Made by a program: the position numbers and the translations under genes. Shown here piece after piece: positions 45,105 through 53,820 of a DNA stretch of 64,000 nucleotides. Each line of letters starts with the position of its first letter. The first letter of the stretch is position 1. This DNA is from a virus (lineage: Duplodnaviria > Heunggongvirae > Uroviricota > Caudoviricetes): the IMG/VR virus record IMGVR_UViG_3300013121_000010, positions 77,903-141,902 of that record, one strand, 5' to 3'. The notes under the pieces are model-generated. The model did not search any database. It was not told where the DNA came from and worked only from the letters and a program-made list of their open reading frames with translations.

Positions 45105-45175
45105 TTAGTAAACTTGGATTTGAACCAAGACAGAGACTTTCAGAGAGTCTAATGCTACCATTACATTATTTACTA
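45105..45175 (-). tRNA. tRNA-Gln (CTG)
   Basis: Anticodon stem AGACT/AGTCT with loop CTCTGAA; T-arm CTTGG-TTCAAAT-CCAAG. Confidence 0.55.
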
Positions 45176-45176
45176 G

Positions 45177-45249
45177 TCGGGCATATCAGATTTGAACTGC
45201 TTCTCGAAATCCCAAATTTCGCGTGTTTCCAGGTTACACCATACACCCG
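45177..45249 (-). tRNA. tRNA-Pro (TGG)
   Basis: Anticodon stem CGAAA/TTTCG with loop TTTGGGA. Confidence 0.5.
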
Positions 45250-45325
45250 TTATTAACCTTCTCTGCTGTCTATAGCCAGCATCGCCATTTGTGTTTAAGT
45301 GCTTAATGGTTTCTGGTCAGGTTAG

Positions 45326-45408
45326 TGTCTGAGGTGGGAGTCGAACCCACAAGGTTTAATACCGACAGTGTTTAAGACTGTTGCGTTTGCCAGTTACGCC
45401 ACTCAGAC
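45326..45408 (-). tRNA. tRNA-Leu (TAA), type II
   Basis: Acceptor GTCTGAG/CTCAGAC; anticodon stem ACAGT/ACTGT with loop CTTAAAC; T-arm GTGGG-TTCGACT-CCCAC. Confidence 0.55.
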
Positions 45409-45419
45409 TTGTCTTTTTC

Positions 45420-45448
45420 ATTATAGCAGATGGTTTACCATCTGTCAA
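45420..45448 (-). promoter_or_regulatory. sigma70-like promoter TTGACA-17-TATAAT (minus strand) upstream of tRNA-Leu
   Basis: Reverse complement reads TTGACAgatggtaaaccatctgcTATAAT. Confidence 0.55.
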
Positions 45449-45450
45449 GG

Positions 45451-45521
45451 GGCCGAAGGGGTGAATCGAACACCCGTAGTAAATTTACAAGATTTACGTC
45501 CTACCACTGAACGACTCCGGC
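45451..45521 (-). tRNA. tRNA-Thr (TGT)
   Basis: Acceptor GCCGGAG/CTTCGGC; anticodon stem TAAAT/ATTTA with loop CTTGTAA; T-arm GGGTG-TTCGATT-CACCC. Confidence 0.55.
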
Positions 45522-45535
45522 TAACTTACTCTTAC

Positions 45536-45564
45536 ATTGTACCAGACGTTTCGTATTTTGTCAA
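45536..45564 (-). promoter_or_regulatory. sigma70-like promoter TTGACA-17-TACAAT (minus strand)
   Basis: Reverse complement reads TTGACAaaatacgaaacgtctggTACAAT. Confidence 0.5.
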
Positions 45565-45902
45565 GAGCAAATTTCTTCAACACTAATCTCTTCGCTATAA
45601 TAACCGTTTGATTCTCCTATCCACCTAGTTGTTACTGTAGAATCATCAACAAAAAAAGTTATAAGTGTTATTGTTTTACTTCCATGTCCCAATTCATCAC
45701 TAAATTGTTTAGACATGTGAGTAAAATCTTCTATAACTTTACCTTTTAAGTTTTTGATATTACCATTAATATCAACAAGCCTAACACTTTCACAACAATC
45801 TTGTTTATGGTAAATAAGAAAAACACGACCAGATTCAGTCTCTACTCTTATTTGATGGTCATATTCATCAACATCAATATATTTAATTGTTTCGCCAATC
45901 AT
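45561..45902 (-). CDS. hypothetical protein
   Basis: ORF only. Confidence 0.35.
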   Translation of the reverse strand: MIGETIKYIDVDEYDHQIRVETESGRVFLIYHKQDCCESVRLVDINGNIKNLKGKVIEDFTHMSKQFSDELGHGSKTITLITFFVDDSTVTTRWIGESNGYYSEEISVEEICS

Positions 45903-46069
45903 AAAATATACTTTTTATTTCCAATGTTTCTTTTGGTGTTCTTTACATATTTTATTGAAACATACTTGATGAACATACAAAGAAATATTAGGTGGATAAC
46001 CAATTAGTTTACCATCTTTTTTACCACAAGCAATACAATAATTCAAAGTTTCTTTGTTTTTCATGTAAG

Positions 46070-46098
46070 TATTCTAACACAGATTAGCCGTCTTGTCA
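46070..46098 (-). promoter_or_regulatory. sigma70-like promoter TTGACA-17-TAGAAT (minus strand)
   Basis: Reverse complement reads TTGACAagacggctaatctgtgtTAGAAT. Confidence 0.45.
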
Positions 46099-46116
46099 AG
46101 TGGGCGAAGCCGCCCA

Positions 46117-46392
46117 CTAAACAAACTTCCTTACATTAAATTGTTCTCTTAATAAGAGAAGTAAATTTTCAGTAATGTATTGAGAAGATTCAGCTTCCAT
46201 CACAGCCATTACAGGTTCATCAGGCAGAAAATTAATAATGCGATTTAAAACATCTTCAAGCTCCTTTTTATTTTCAGAAGCAGCTTGATAAGCGGCAGTT
46301 TCTAAAACTGCAATAAACTGTTTAGAAGAAAGACAATGATTACATTTACCACCACTGTCTAAACAATGAATGCACTTAATTGTATTTTTCAT
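46117..46392 (-). CDS. hypothetical protein
   Basis: CxxC...CxxC N-terminus. Confidence 0.35.
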   Translation of the reverse strand: MKNTIKCIHCLDSGGKCNHCLSSKQFIAVLETAAYQAASENKKELEDVLNRIINFLPDEPVMAVMEAESSQYITENLLLLLREQFNVRKFV

Positions 46393-46734
46393 AAGTGGAC
46401 CGGGCGGGTACTGCCCCCGCGTACTAAAATAAATTTAAAGATTTGAATAATATACAGGTTTCTTTAAGATTTTAAGGTAATCTTATAACCTACCTTACGA
46501 TTTGAATTTTAACTATTAAAGGTTTTAAGTTAAAACCACTCTAATTAAAGAGCAAATGAGTAATCGACGTTTTTGTTGCTCTTACGAGCAACTTTAGTGC
46601 TTGTTGCACTCAAACCACGAACACTGAACATACTATCGTTTGCTGTTACTTTTTTGACTGTTTTTAGGTAGCCTCAGCCTCTACCACCTGCCAGCACTTT
46701 AAATTTAAGCTAGGCGAATCTATTTCCGGCCCAT

Positions 46735-46775
46735 AAAAAAGCCAGCCGGGATTTTAATTACCGGCTGACAGTATT
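46735..46775 (-). terminator. candidate intrinsic terminator (minus strand) overlapping a promoter
   Basis: Minus-strand RNA CAGCCGG-uaauuaaaauc-CCGGCUG followed by GCUUUUUUAU. Confidence 0.45.
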
Positions 46776-46809
46776 CTATCACAAAAATGTTGGCTTGTCA
46801 AACAAACCT

Positions 46810-47148
46810 TTATTCTACTTCATTATAAAGAGAATTTACTTCTTCTAATGTAAGTTCAGAACCAGTTTTTACTAAAGCTTCTACTAAATTTTCACCTTCT
46901 CTTCTCATAGCTTTAAAACCGCCTAAATGTTGACGAACTGCACGGCGTGCAACTTGTTTTTCCCAAAAGTTTGGATTCTTACTTGATTTTAAAGCATCAG
47001 AAGGTGTTTTCTTACAGTTTTTAAAATTACCAATTAAACTGGTAATAATATCCATAATTGTAAAAATCATAGATGGGTCGAAAGCAGCTTCTTTATCACC
47101 CAACTTATAGTTATCAACTACTTTAATTGATATGGATTGTAAAGACAT
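46810..47148 (-). CDS. hypothetical protein
   Basis: ORF only. Confidence 0.35.
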   Translation of the reverse strand: MSLQSISIKVVDNYKLGDKEAAFDPSMIFTIMDIITSLIGNFKNCKKTPSDALKSSKNPNFWEKQVARRAVRQHLGGFKAMRREGENLVEALVKTGSELTLEEVNSLYNEVE

Positions 47149-47153
47149 AAATG

Positions 47154-47501
47154 TTATCTCCTAGGTCCAATTCTATTACGACCTACGTTAACATCAACAT
47201 TAACACGACCACGATTAGCATCTCTTACTACTACTCTTTCTACAACATTAACATTAGCAGAATGATGATGACCATCTACAAAACGTTCTCTAACAATAAT
47301 TCTTTCTGCTGGAACTTCAACATGTTGAACAACTCTTACACGTTCTACAACAGGAGCTACAACTACACGTTCTACAACTTGTGCATGATGACCATGACCA
47401 TGTACAACTTGACGTTGAACTACAGCTTGTCCACAATTACCAGCAAAAGCTGTTGCAGCACCTAGAAAGAATACAACAAATGATACAATTAAACTCTTCA
47501 T
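47154..47501 (-). CDS. secreted His/Val/Arg-rich repetitive protein
   Basis: Signal peptide MKSLIVSFVVFFLGAATAFA; repeated V-V-E-R-V-V-V / H-G-H-G-H-H units encoded by acgttctacaac-type DNA repeats. Confidence 0.45.
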   Translation of the reverse strand: MKSLIVSFVVFFLGAATAFAGNCGQAVVQRQVVHGHGHHAQVVERVVVAPVVERVRVVQHVEVPAERIIVRERFVDGHHHSANVNVVERVVVRDANRGRVNVDVNVGRNRIGPRR

Positions 47502-47516
47502 AAATTTTCTCCTATT

Positions 47517-48107
47517 TTACTCATACACCTTTTCTAACAACCACTCATAAACTAAAAGAACCTCTTCATCTGTTAAGTTACCACCTTTAGGCATTTTAGC
47601 TAAACCTCTCTCTTGAAGTTTATAACCATAAACTCTATCATAGGTTTTAATTCTATCAACTAAAGGTAAATCAACTAACTCATTGCTTTTTACTAATGAT
47701 AAACCATTATTTTGAGGAACAGAGCCATGACAATTAACACATTTCTTATTCCACAACGCTATTATTCTTGAATTAACAGATGGTTTTTCAGGGGTTTCTT
47801 CTGGTTGAGGCTCAGGTTTTACGCCACCTTTTAAAGCTCCAGACTCAATAAGCTTTAATAATAATTCTAATTTTGCTTTAAGCTCTTTAACTTCATCGTC
47901 CCTACTTTGATTTTTTTCCTGAACAAATTTTTCGCCTAATTGATAATAATAATCAGTTCCGCGAAAATATTCAGAATCAAATTGAACGGTTTTTTGTGGA
48001 ACTATTACCGTTTCAACCTTTTTTTGTACAAAATCATCTGCTGATAGATAAAAATTACCATAAGCAAGGAAAGCTATGGCAGCTAATAATATTTTACTTA
48101 CTTTCAT
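47517..48107 (-). CDS. secreted protein with a c-type cytochrome CxxCH motif
   Basis: Signal peptide; KKCVNCHG heme-binding-like motif; translationally coupled to the upstream 592-aa ORF. Confidence 0.45.
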   Translation of the reverse strand: MKVSKILLAAIAFLAYGNFYLSADDFVQKKVETVIVPQKTVQFDSEYFRGTDYYYQLGEKFVQEKNQSRDDEVKELKAKLELLLKLIESGALKGGVKPEPQPEETPEKPSVNSRIIALWNKKCVNCHGSVPQNNGLSLVKSNELVDLPLVDRIKTYDRVYGYKLQERGLAKMPKGGNLTDEEVLLVYEWLLEKVYE

Positions 48108-49882
48108 TTTTCTACATCCTCACTCTTAATAAACCCATTTTTACCATTATATTCTACACCTAACCAGCCTTCTACTGTACTATCTGTTTTTGATTTTTTA
48201 ACTTTTTCGCCAACTTTTAACATTTGGTTTACAGCTATTGTATTAGAATTAGGTGAAGTATAAATGTAAGTTTGTTTTTTAACAACATAATCAATAACTT
48301 TTACAGTCTCAACTTCTATAGCCACATCTTCTTTAACTATTTGTGTAAGACCATTGATTAAAATCATTGACTGTTGAAATAAACCAGGACGACCATCTTG
48401 ACCAGGATGTTCCCATACTTCACGTGGTATAGCTTCTTTATTAGATAGCAACAAAGCTAATCTAAAAGGAACCTTATTTTCTTCTATCTTATTTTCCTTG
48501 CTTAATCCTCTTATAAATTCAGCGGGTTCTAAACCACATTCAAAAGCAGCCTGTTCAAGAGTAATACCTTGATTGTACTTAGAAACTATACTTAAATAAG
48601 CCTTAGCATTTTCATCTGGTTTTAATCCATTTACTTTAGATAACGCTTTTTCAAATAACAATTGATGTTCTTCTATAGAATCCTCAAAGCGACCATCTAG
48701 ATAGACCCGTTTTGTTCTCAAATAAGTATCTTGGTCAGAAATATATGCTTTAGCTTTAGATTGTAATAATTCTTTTAATGAATTTTCACTAGGAATAGGA
48801 CCAGCAGCATGACAATCAAAACAACCGATAGGTGTTCTAACTCTAGCATCAGCAGTAACATCAGTAATATGACGTACTAATGTTGGGTCAGCAAAATCAG
48901 CAAGTTCTTCCTTGTCATTATAAAGGTCGTATACTTGTAATTTCATAAAATTAGTAGCAAATATTTCACCACCATCAAAAACTGTTGGTGGGCCACCTTT
49001 AAAGTCTAATATAGCATCACCATAATCTCTAAGACCTCTCATAAATTTAACATCATAACTTCTATAATACCAACCTAACTCTGTTTCATATCCTATTAAA
49101 GTTCTGTTATGTCTAGAAACCGCTTTAGATTTAGTAACTACCACGCCAAAAATATTGCCTATTTCAGCAGCTTTAGCGGTATCAATTGACCATGCTGTTT
49201 CAAATTCTTTTACTGTTGTAGGTATTTTATCTAAAGTACCATATAGAAATTCCTTATAAATCTTAACTTTAGAACCAGTATCGCTTTGTTTAGTTAAATC
49301 AGAAGCGTGAACGATAAACCAATCAGCACGCACAACAGCATTTCCAGAAATCAATCTAAGTAATGAATTGGCGTCGTGAGTAACGATAGGCTCAACAAAA
49401 TACCCATCTTCTGTACTCATTGATTCCCAGGCTTTCTCAGTCCAGTTGAATTCTCTTATATCTACCCACCATAATGTATCTGAACCAGGAACCTTTCTTA
49501 AAGCTTCAAACTTTCCATCTTCTGTTCTTCTTGCTAATGGATAAAAACCACCACCTTGAAAATCTTTAGTAACCGCACCTGTCAAGCTATGACATATAAA
49601 AGACAGAATTAAAGCTAAATCTTCTCTTGATTTTTCATCTTGTTCAGCATAAGTAGTAAAAAATCTAATATACTTTTTATCTTCTTCACTTTTAAAGTTT
49701 TCTTCTAAGAAAACAATAGCGTCCTTTACCTCTTGGTCTGGTGTTACCAACTTAGGTTTATTTTTTAATAAAGTTGCGGCTGGAAGTGGGGCAGCATCTT
49801 TTGTTTCTTGAGCAATAACAGTATTTACCACTATTAAAGATAGTAGTATTACAAATAAAATTATTTTCCTCATACTTATCAT
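48104..49882 (-). CDS. large secreted protein with a CxxCH motif, possibly of the planctomycete DUF1549/DUF1553 type
   Basis: Signal peptide MISMRKIILFVILLSLIVVNTVIA; GCFDCHAAGP CxxCH motif; 592 aa. Confidence 0.4.
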   Translation of the reverse strand: MISMRKIILFVILLSLIVVNTVIAQETKDAAPLPAATLLKNKPKLVTPDQEVKDAIVFLEENFKSEEDKKYIRFFTTYAEQDEKSREDLALILSFICHSLTGAVTKDFQGGGFYPLARRTEDGKFEALRKVPGSDTLWWVDIREFNWTEKAWESMSTEDGYFVEPIVTHDANSLLRLISGNAVVRADWFIVHASDLTKQSDTGSKVKIYKEFLYGTLDKIPTTVKEFETAWSIDTAKAAEIGNIFGVVVTKSKAVSRHNRTLIGYETELGWYYRSYDVKFMRGLRDYGDAILDFKGGPPTVFDGGEIFATNFMKLQVYDLYNDKEELADFADPTLVRHITDVTADARVRTPIGCFDCHAAGPIPSENSLKELLQSKAKAYISDQDTYLRTKRVYLDGRFEDSIEEHQLLFEKALSKVNGLKPDENAKAYLSIVSKYNQGITLEQAAFECGLEPAEFIRGLSKENKIEENKVPFRLALLLSNKEAIPREVWEHPGQDGRPGLFQQSMILINGLTQIVKEDVAIEVETVKVIDYVVKKQTYIYTSPNSNTIAVNQMLKVGEKVKKSKTDSTVEGWLGVEYNGKNGFIKSEDVEK

Positions 49883-49887
49883 TTCCT

Positions 49888-50784
49888 TTAAGAAATCTTT
49901 GTTATTCTATATCCAGGTATTGAAATACTTTCTACATTACCATTTATAGAAATTATGGTAGTCTTAGAATCTTTCGGTGGTGGTGTTGGTTCAGGTTCAG
50001 GATTAGGTTTAGAAACTACTGGTTTACCATAAAGATTTTGTAATCTTGGTATATCATCATTTTGTTGTGGAACAGCTATAGAAGGTGAATAAATAGGAGC
50101 CATTAAAGCCGAATTTACTTTACTGTGTCTTAGACCTAAACCATGACAAATTTCATGTGTTGCCACATTCAATAAATAGATACCACGACCAGACTGACCA
50201 TTACCAAGCCAAAATTCATCTAAGTCAAACTTACCAGATAATCTACCCATAAAGTTAGATGTTGTTGGTAATTGAAACCAAGCTAAAGTACCACTTGAAC
50301 CATCAAAATCATCAGAGCGACCTCTACCAGTATCTAAAACCAAGTTAGATTGACTTAAAGAATTTACTTGTGTAAATGTAAGACCACAAATAGCAGATAT
50401 ATTATCAAAAGCTTTTTTTATAGTAGCAAACCACAATTCTTTTGACATATCACCATCAGTTGATGCTATAAAATAATTAAGTTCTTTCTTACCCCATTTA
50501 GCAAAATCACTTGCATTTTCAACAATATCTTCATCTTCATAAATATCTGGTAAACTACATCTTGGATAATCCATTATTCTTAATGTTTGACCATCAAGAA
50601 TTCCAGTTTGATTGATACCGGAAATAGATTGAAACTTATTTATTACTAATAATAAATCTTCTACAGATTTTACTTCTTTTCTTAAATATCCATACTTTTT
50701 AAGATAGGAAATAGCTTTATTTATATTTCCTTCATTTTTAATAGCAAAATCGGCAACCTTGTCAAAAAAATCTAAAATACTCAT
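49888..50784 (-). CDS. matrixin-like (M10) zinc metalloprotease with a peptidoglycan-binding-like prodomain and cysteine switch
   Basis: HEICHGLGLRHS (HExxHxxGxxH); PRCSLPD cysteine-switch-like motif; PG-binding-like N-terminal region. Confidence 0.6.
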   Translation of the reverse strand: MSILDFFDKVADFAIKNEGNINKAISYLKKYGYLRKEVKSVEDLLLVINKFQSISGINQTGILDGQTLRIMDYPRCSLPDIYEDEDIVENASDFAKWGKKELNYFIASTDGDMSKELWFATIKKAFDNISAICGLTFTQVNSLSQSNLVLDTGRGRSDDFDGSSGTLAWFQLPTTSNFMGRLSGKFDLDEFWLGNGQSGRGIYLLNVATHEICHGLGLRHSKVNSALMAPIYSPSIAVPQQNDDIPRLQNLYGKPVVSKPNPEPEPTPPPKDSKTTIISINGNVESISIPGYRITKIS

Positions 50785-50798
50785 ATAGTGTACCTCAT

Positions 50799-51356
50799 TT
50801 ATTTATACACTTGTGATTGCAACTTTGCGTAATCAAAAAACATCCATCTTTTCTTTCTTTCTTTAAAACTCGGATTAACAGCAACATCTATAAGATAAGT
50901 TTTTAGTTTATCAAATGAATCGAAAAACCAATCATTTGGTAAGGTCCAAAAAAGCCAGTCTGGTAGTTTACCTACACCATCTTCACAAACAATTAATATA
51001 GGTTTTTTCTGTCTATTAGCTAAGAATATTTCTTCATAAGAACCGCATAAATGAAAATTCATGTCTATTTTACAAACTAAAAAATCAGAAACATCAACCA
51101 TTCTTAAATCTACAGCACGAACTTCTTTATCATTTAAAACTGGTCCGTAATCATTCATCATCTTAGCTTTTTGTCTTATATTTCTTATTTCCTTATTTTC
51201 TATACCAAAATTACATGGTTTATTAGTAGGGTCCATAACAACCACACCAATACTTCTTAAAAATGGAGTGATTTTTAATCTCCACTCTGTTCCACCATCA
51301 GGAACTCTATCCATACCACCACATAAATAACATCTATGATATAGCAATCTGCTCAT
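50799..51356 (-). CDS. nucleoside 2-deoxyribosyltransferase-like protein
   Basis: YLCGGMD...WR N-terminal motif and CGSYEEIFLANRQKKPIL catalytic-Glu region typical of PF05014. Confidence 0.45.
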   Translation of the reverse strand: MSRLLYHRCYLCGGMDRVPDGGTEWRLKITPFLRSIGVVVMDPTNKPCNFGIENKEIRNIRQKAKMMNDYGPVLNDKEVRAVDLRMVDVSDFLVCKIDMNFHLCGSYEEIFLANRQKKPILIVCEDGVGKLPDWLFWTLPNDWFFDSFDKLKTYLIDVAVNPSFKERKKRWMFFDYAKLQSQVYK

Positions 51357-51868
51357 TTATTTATTAAACCTCTATTGAATATTAATTTTATGTTTGAATT
51401 AAAACCATTATTATCTCTATTTTCAGCTTCTCTATCATACATTGTAAGAGTTGTAATACTATTTACAAACTTGATTTTAATAAAATCGCCGTTATGATAA
51501 GAATAATAGACTTTATTATTATAGTCTATAGTAACATCTAATCGTTGTTTTAGATAAAAATTTATTGGTTGAGGTGGCGAACTAGAACTTGATGTAAAAT
51601 TCTTAACTATATGCCAAAATTGTATTTTATCATCAGTCCAAAATATAGATTGGCAAAATATAGGTCTTAATGTTAAAAAACTTCTATCTATTCCTTCTAC
51701 AGGAAATACTTCATAAACTACAGTATCATCAAAGAAATAGTTTAATTCAAATAACTCAACTTTATTAGTGTTTAATATTTGTATATCGTCATTAGCCTTA
51801 CCTATTGTCGCCGTCACCACGAATAGTATTGTTATTAAGACGATTTGTAAGAGTTTTGAAGTTTTCAT
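51353..51868 (-). CDS. secreted hypothetical protein
   Basis: Signal peptide. Confidence 0.35.
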   Translation of the reverse strand: MKTSKLLQIVLITILFVVTATIGKANDDIQILNTNKVELFELNYFFDDTVVYEVFPVEGIDRSFLTLRPIFCQSIFWTDDKIQFWHIVKNFTSSSSSPPQPINFYLKQRLDVTIDYNNKVYYSYHNGDFIKIKFVNSITTLTMYDREAENRDNNGFNSNIKLIFNRGLINK

Positions 51869-52124
51869 CCATAATATCCTCTGCTTTCAAACCTAATTCA
51901 TTACAAAGTTGATATAAATACCAAAATACACCGCCAAGTTCCTTAGATATACCTTCCTTTGCTTCTTCTAAAGTCTTATCACCGCGAAGCACTTTTTTAA
52001 ATTTATTTGATGTTTCTCCAACCTCACCAGCAAGACCAATAATCGTATAGGATATTGCTGGTAAACTTCCAGTATTACAATCTGGATAAACAGCTAGTTT
52101 TTTAATATTTTGTTGATAACTCAT
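51798..52124 (-). CDS. mazG: MazG-like nucleotide pyrophosphohydrolase
   Basis: IIGLAGEVGE EVGE motif; 108 aa. Confidence 0.65.
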   Translation of the reverse strand: MSYQQNIKKLAVYPDCNTGSLPAISYTIIGLAGEVGETSNKFKKVLRGDKTLEEAKEGISKELGGVFWYLYQLCNELGLKAEDIMDENFKTLTNRLNNNTIRGDGDNR

Positions 52125-52691
52125 TTACTTTTTCTCCTCTGGTGCAGGTAATTGTTTTTCTGATTTGAAGAAAATCATTTTTCTTGGACTATATTCATAC
52201 CAAACCTTTTCAGATTTACTATATTTTAAAGTTGTACCTAAGATAAAATCATTATCACCAAATTCTAAATAAGTAGCTGGAACATTAGTTCCTTTAAAAT
52301 AATATTGTTTATCTTCACCTTTAAGTATTGTAAATCCATTTATTTCAATAGCTGACTTTTCATCCCTTTTAATAGATTTATATTCTATCAAGTCTACAGG
52401 CCATTGTTCTTTAATAATTGAATAATCATTTATTCTTAAAATAATAGAATTATCATCTTCTCTAACCCTATATTTACCTTCTACTTTTACCCAAACATTA
52501 TCTTCAAAAATTTCTTTTTGTTTTGTATCATTATTATTATAAATACTATATTCATTATTAAATGCATAAATACCTACATTACCATCTAAAGACTTAAAAC
52601 TCCTATCCTTATAAAGTTTTACAACCAATTCGTCACAAAAAACAGTAGAACTAAACAACAATAATAAAATACTACTTAATAAAGTTTTCAT
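52125..52691 (-). CDS. secreted hypothetical protein
   Basis: Signal peptide MKTLLSSILLLLFSSTVFC. Confidence 0.35.
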   Translation of the reverse strand: MKTLLSSILLLLFSSTVFCDELVVKLYKDRSFKSLDGNVGIYAFNNEYSIYNNNDTKQKEIFEDNVWVKVEGKYRVREDDNSIILRINDYSIIKEQWPVDLIEYKSIKRDEKSAIEINGFTILKGEDKQYYFKGTNVPATYLEFGDNDFILGTTLKYSKSEKVWYEYSPRKMIFFKSEKQLPAPEEKK

Positions 52692-53187
52692 ACCAATCAG
52701 GTGACTTTCGCCCCTTCTCCCATTTACAACCAGTTTTCATTTCATACCTTTTAACAAGATTATAATAATTGCGGTATCCCGCAACACTATCATTTAAATC
52801 AATACATTCATTACCATACTTGCCAAAACATTGAGGTATAGCTAAGCCTTTATTAGTATAGCTCTTTAAACGAAAAAATCCAGCCCATTCCAAAACAGAA
52901 TGGCTGGCGTGTTGTTTTCCATATCTGAATATGTATTCAGTTGATATAGCTAAACCATGAGTAAGTGCCCACTCATAATTATCTTCACTATCTTGACACC
53001 ATAAAACAGTTGGGTGTTTTAAATGTGGTTTATTTTCCTTATATGGTATATCTGCTTTATAAGTACCCATATTATGATGAGCAAAACATAAAATTTGTGC
53101 GGTTTCCAACACCATTTTATGTACATGTCTATCACATAAAAATTCAGCAGCTTTTACTGGATTGTTATCTAGTCTAAATATATTCAT
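52672..53187 (-). CDS. hypothetical protein
   Basis: ORF only. Confidence 0.35.
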   Translation of the reverse strand: MNIFRLDNNPVKAAEFLCDRHVHKMVLETAQILCFAHHNMGTYKADIPYKENKPHLKHPTVLWCQDSEDNYEWALTHGLAISTEYIFRYGKQHASHSVLEWAGFFRLKSYTNKGLAIPQCFGKYGNECIDLNDSVAGYRNYYNLVKRYEMKTGCKWEKGRKSPDWYENFIK

Positions 53188-53780
53188 TTTTGTAGCTGAA
53201 GCTTTCGTTTTTGCTTTCGCTTACGCAACGCTCGTTCGCCCCTTGTCTTTCGTTCATATTGAGGCTTAAAAAGAATTTCTTCTTTTTCTCCTTTAATAAT
53301 AGCTTCGTGATAATCAATCAGTTTTGAAACACTATCAAATCTCTTGACCAAAGCAAGGAAGTTATTAGGCTGATATTTAGAAAGTGAGTAATAAGGGGTG
53401 GTTTCGTGAGCTTCCATATCACCATAAATACTTCTAGCTGGAACACTAAAGAAATGGCTATATTGTCTCACTCTATATTTACCACACTTACTTTCATAAA
53501 CATTTACCTTATTTCCATAAAGTTCCTTTTCCCTAAGAGTTGGTTCTACTGAAATAAAATATTCTGAAAGTTCACGAAGATATTTTGGTTCCTCATTAAT
53601 TTCAGTATCAGCGACAACTTTACTCTTTTCCTTTGCTCTCTCAATAGACAATCTAATGTCAGCTTGAGTTGGCTTGCTACCATTCTTAAAAGTAAATGGG
53701 CTACCACACTTTACACAGACAAAAGAACGCGGGCCGCAGTTATGGCCGCAGCTAGGACAGGTTTTGGACCCCTTAGGCAT
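53184..53780 (-). CDS. zinc-ribbon protein with a basic C-terminus
   Basis: CPSCGHNCGPRSFVCVKCG. Confidence 0.35.
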   Translation of the reverse strand: MPKGSKTCPSCGHNCGPRSFVCVKCGSPFTFKNGSKPTQADIRLSIERAKEKSKVVADTEINEEPKYLRELSEYFISVEPTLREKELYGNKVNVYESKCGKYRVRQYSHFFSVPARSIYGDMEAHETTPYYSLSKYQPNNFLALVKRFDSVSKLIDYHEAIIKGEKEEILFKPQYERKTRGERALRKRKQKRKLQLQK

Positions 53781-53820
53781 TTTAATTTCCCTTTCTGCGT
53801 CCTATCTTACCACATTTTTT

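Noticed and set aside
37780-46600. GTTGC-TTAC-GCAAC-type and GUUGCUC-UUAC-GAGCAAC hairpins as intrinsic terminators
   Set aside because: No U-run follows them in the minus-strand (transcribed) orientation, so they are more likely structural elements of a conserved RNA.
47151-47465. Plus-strand ORF opposite the His-rich repeat gene
   Set aside because: Its translation is an N/Y/T-rich low-complexity artefact of the DNA repeat; the minus-strand frame has a signal peptide and is the plausible gene.
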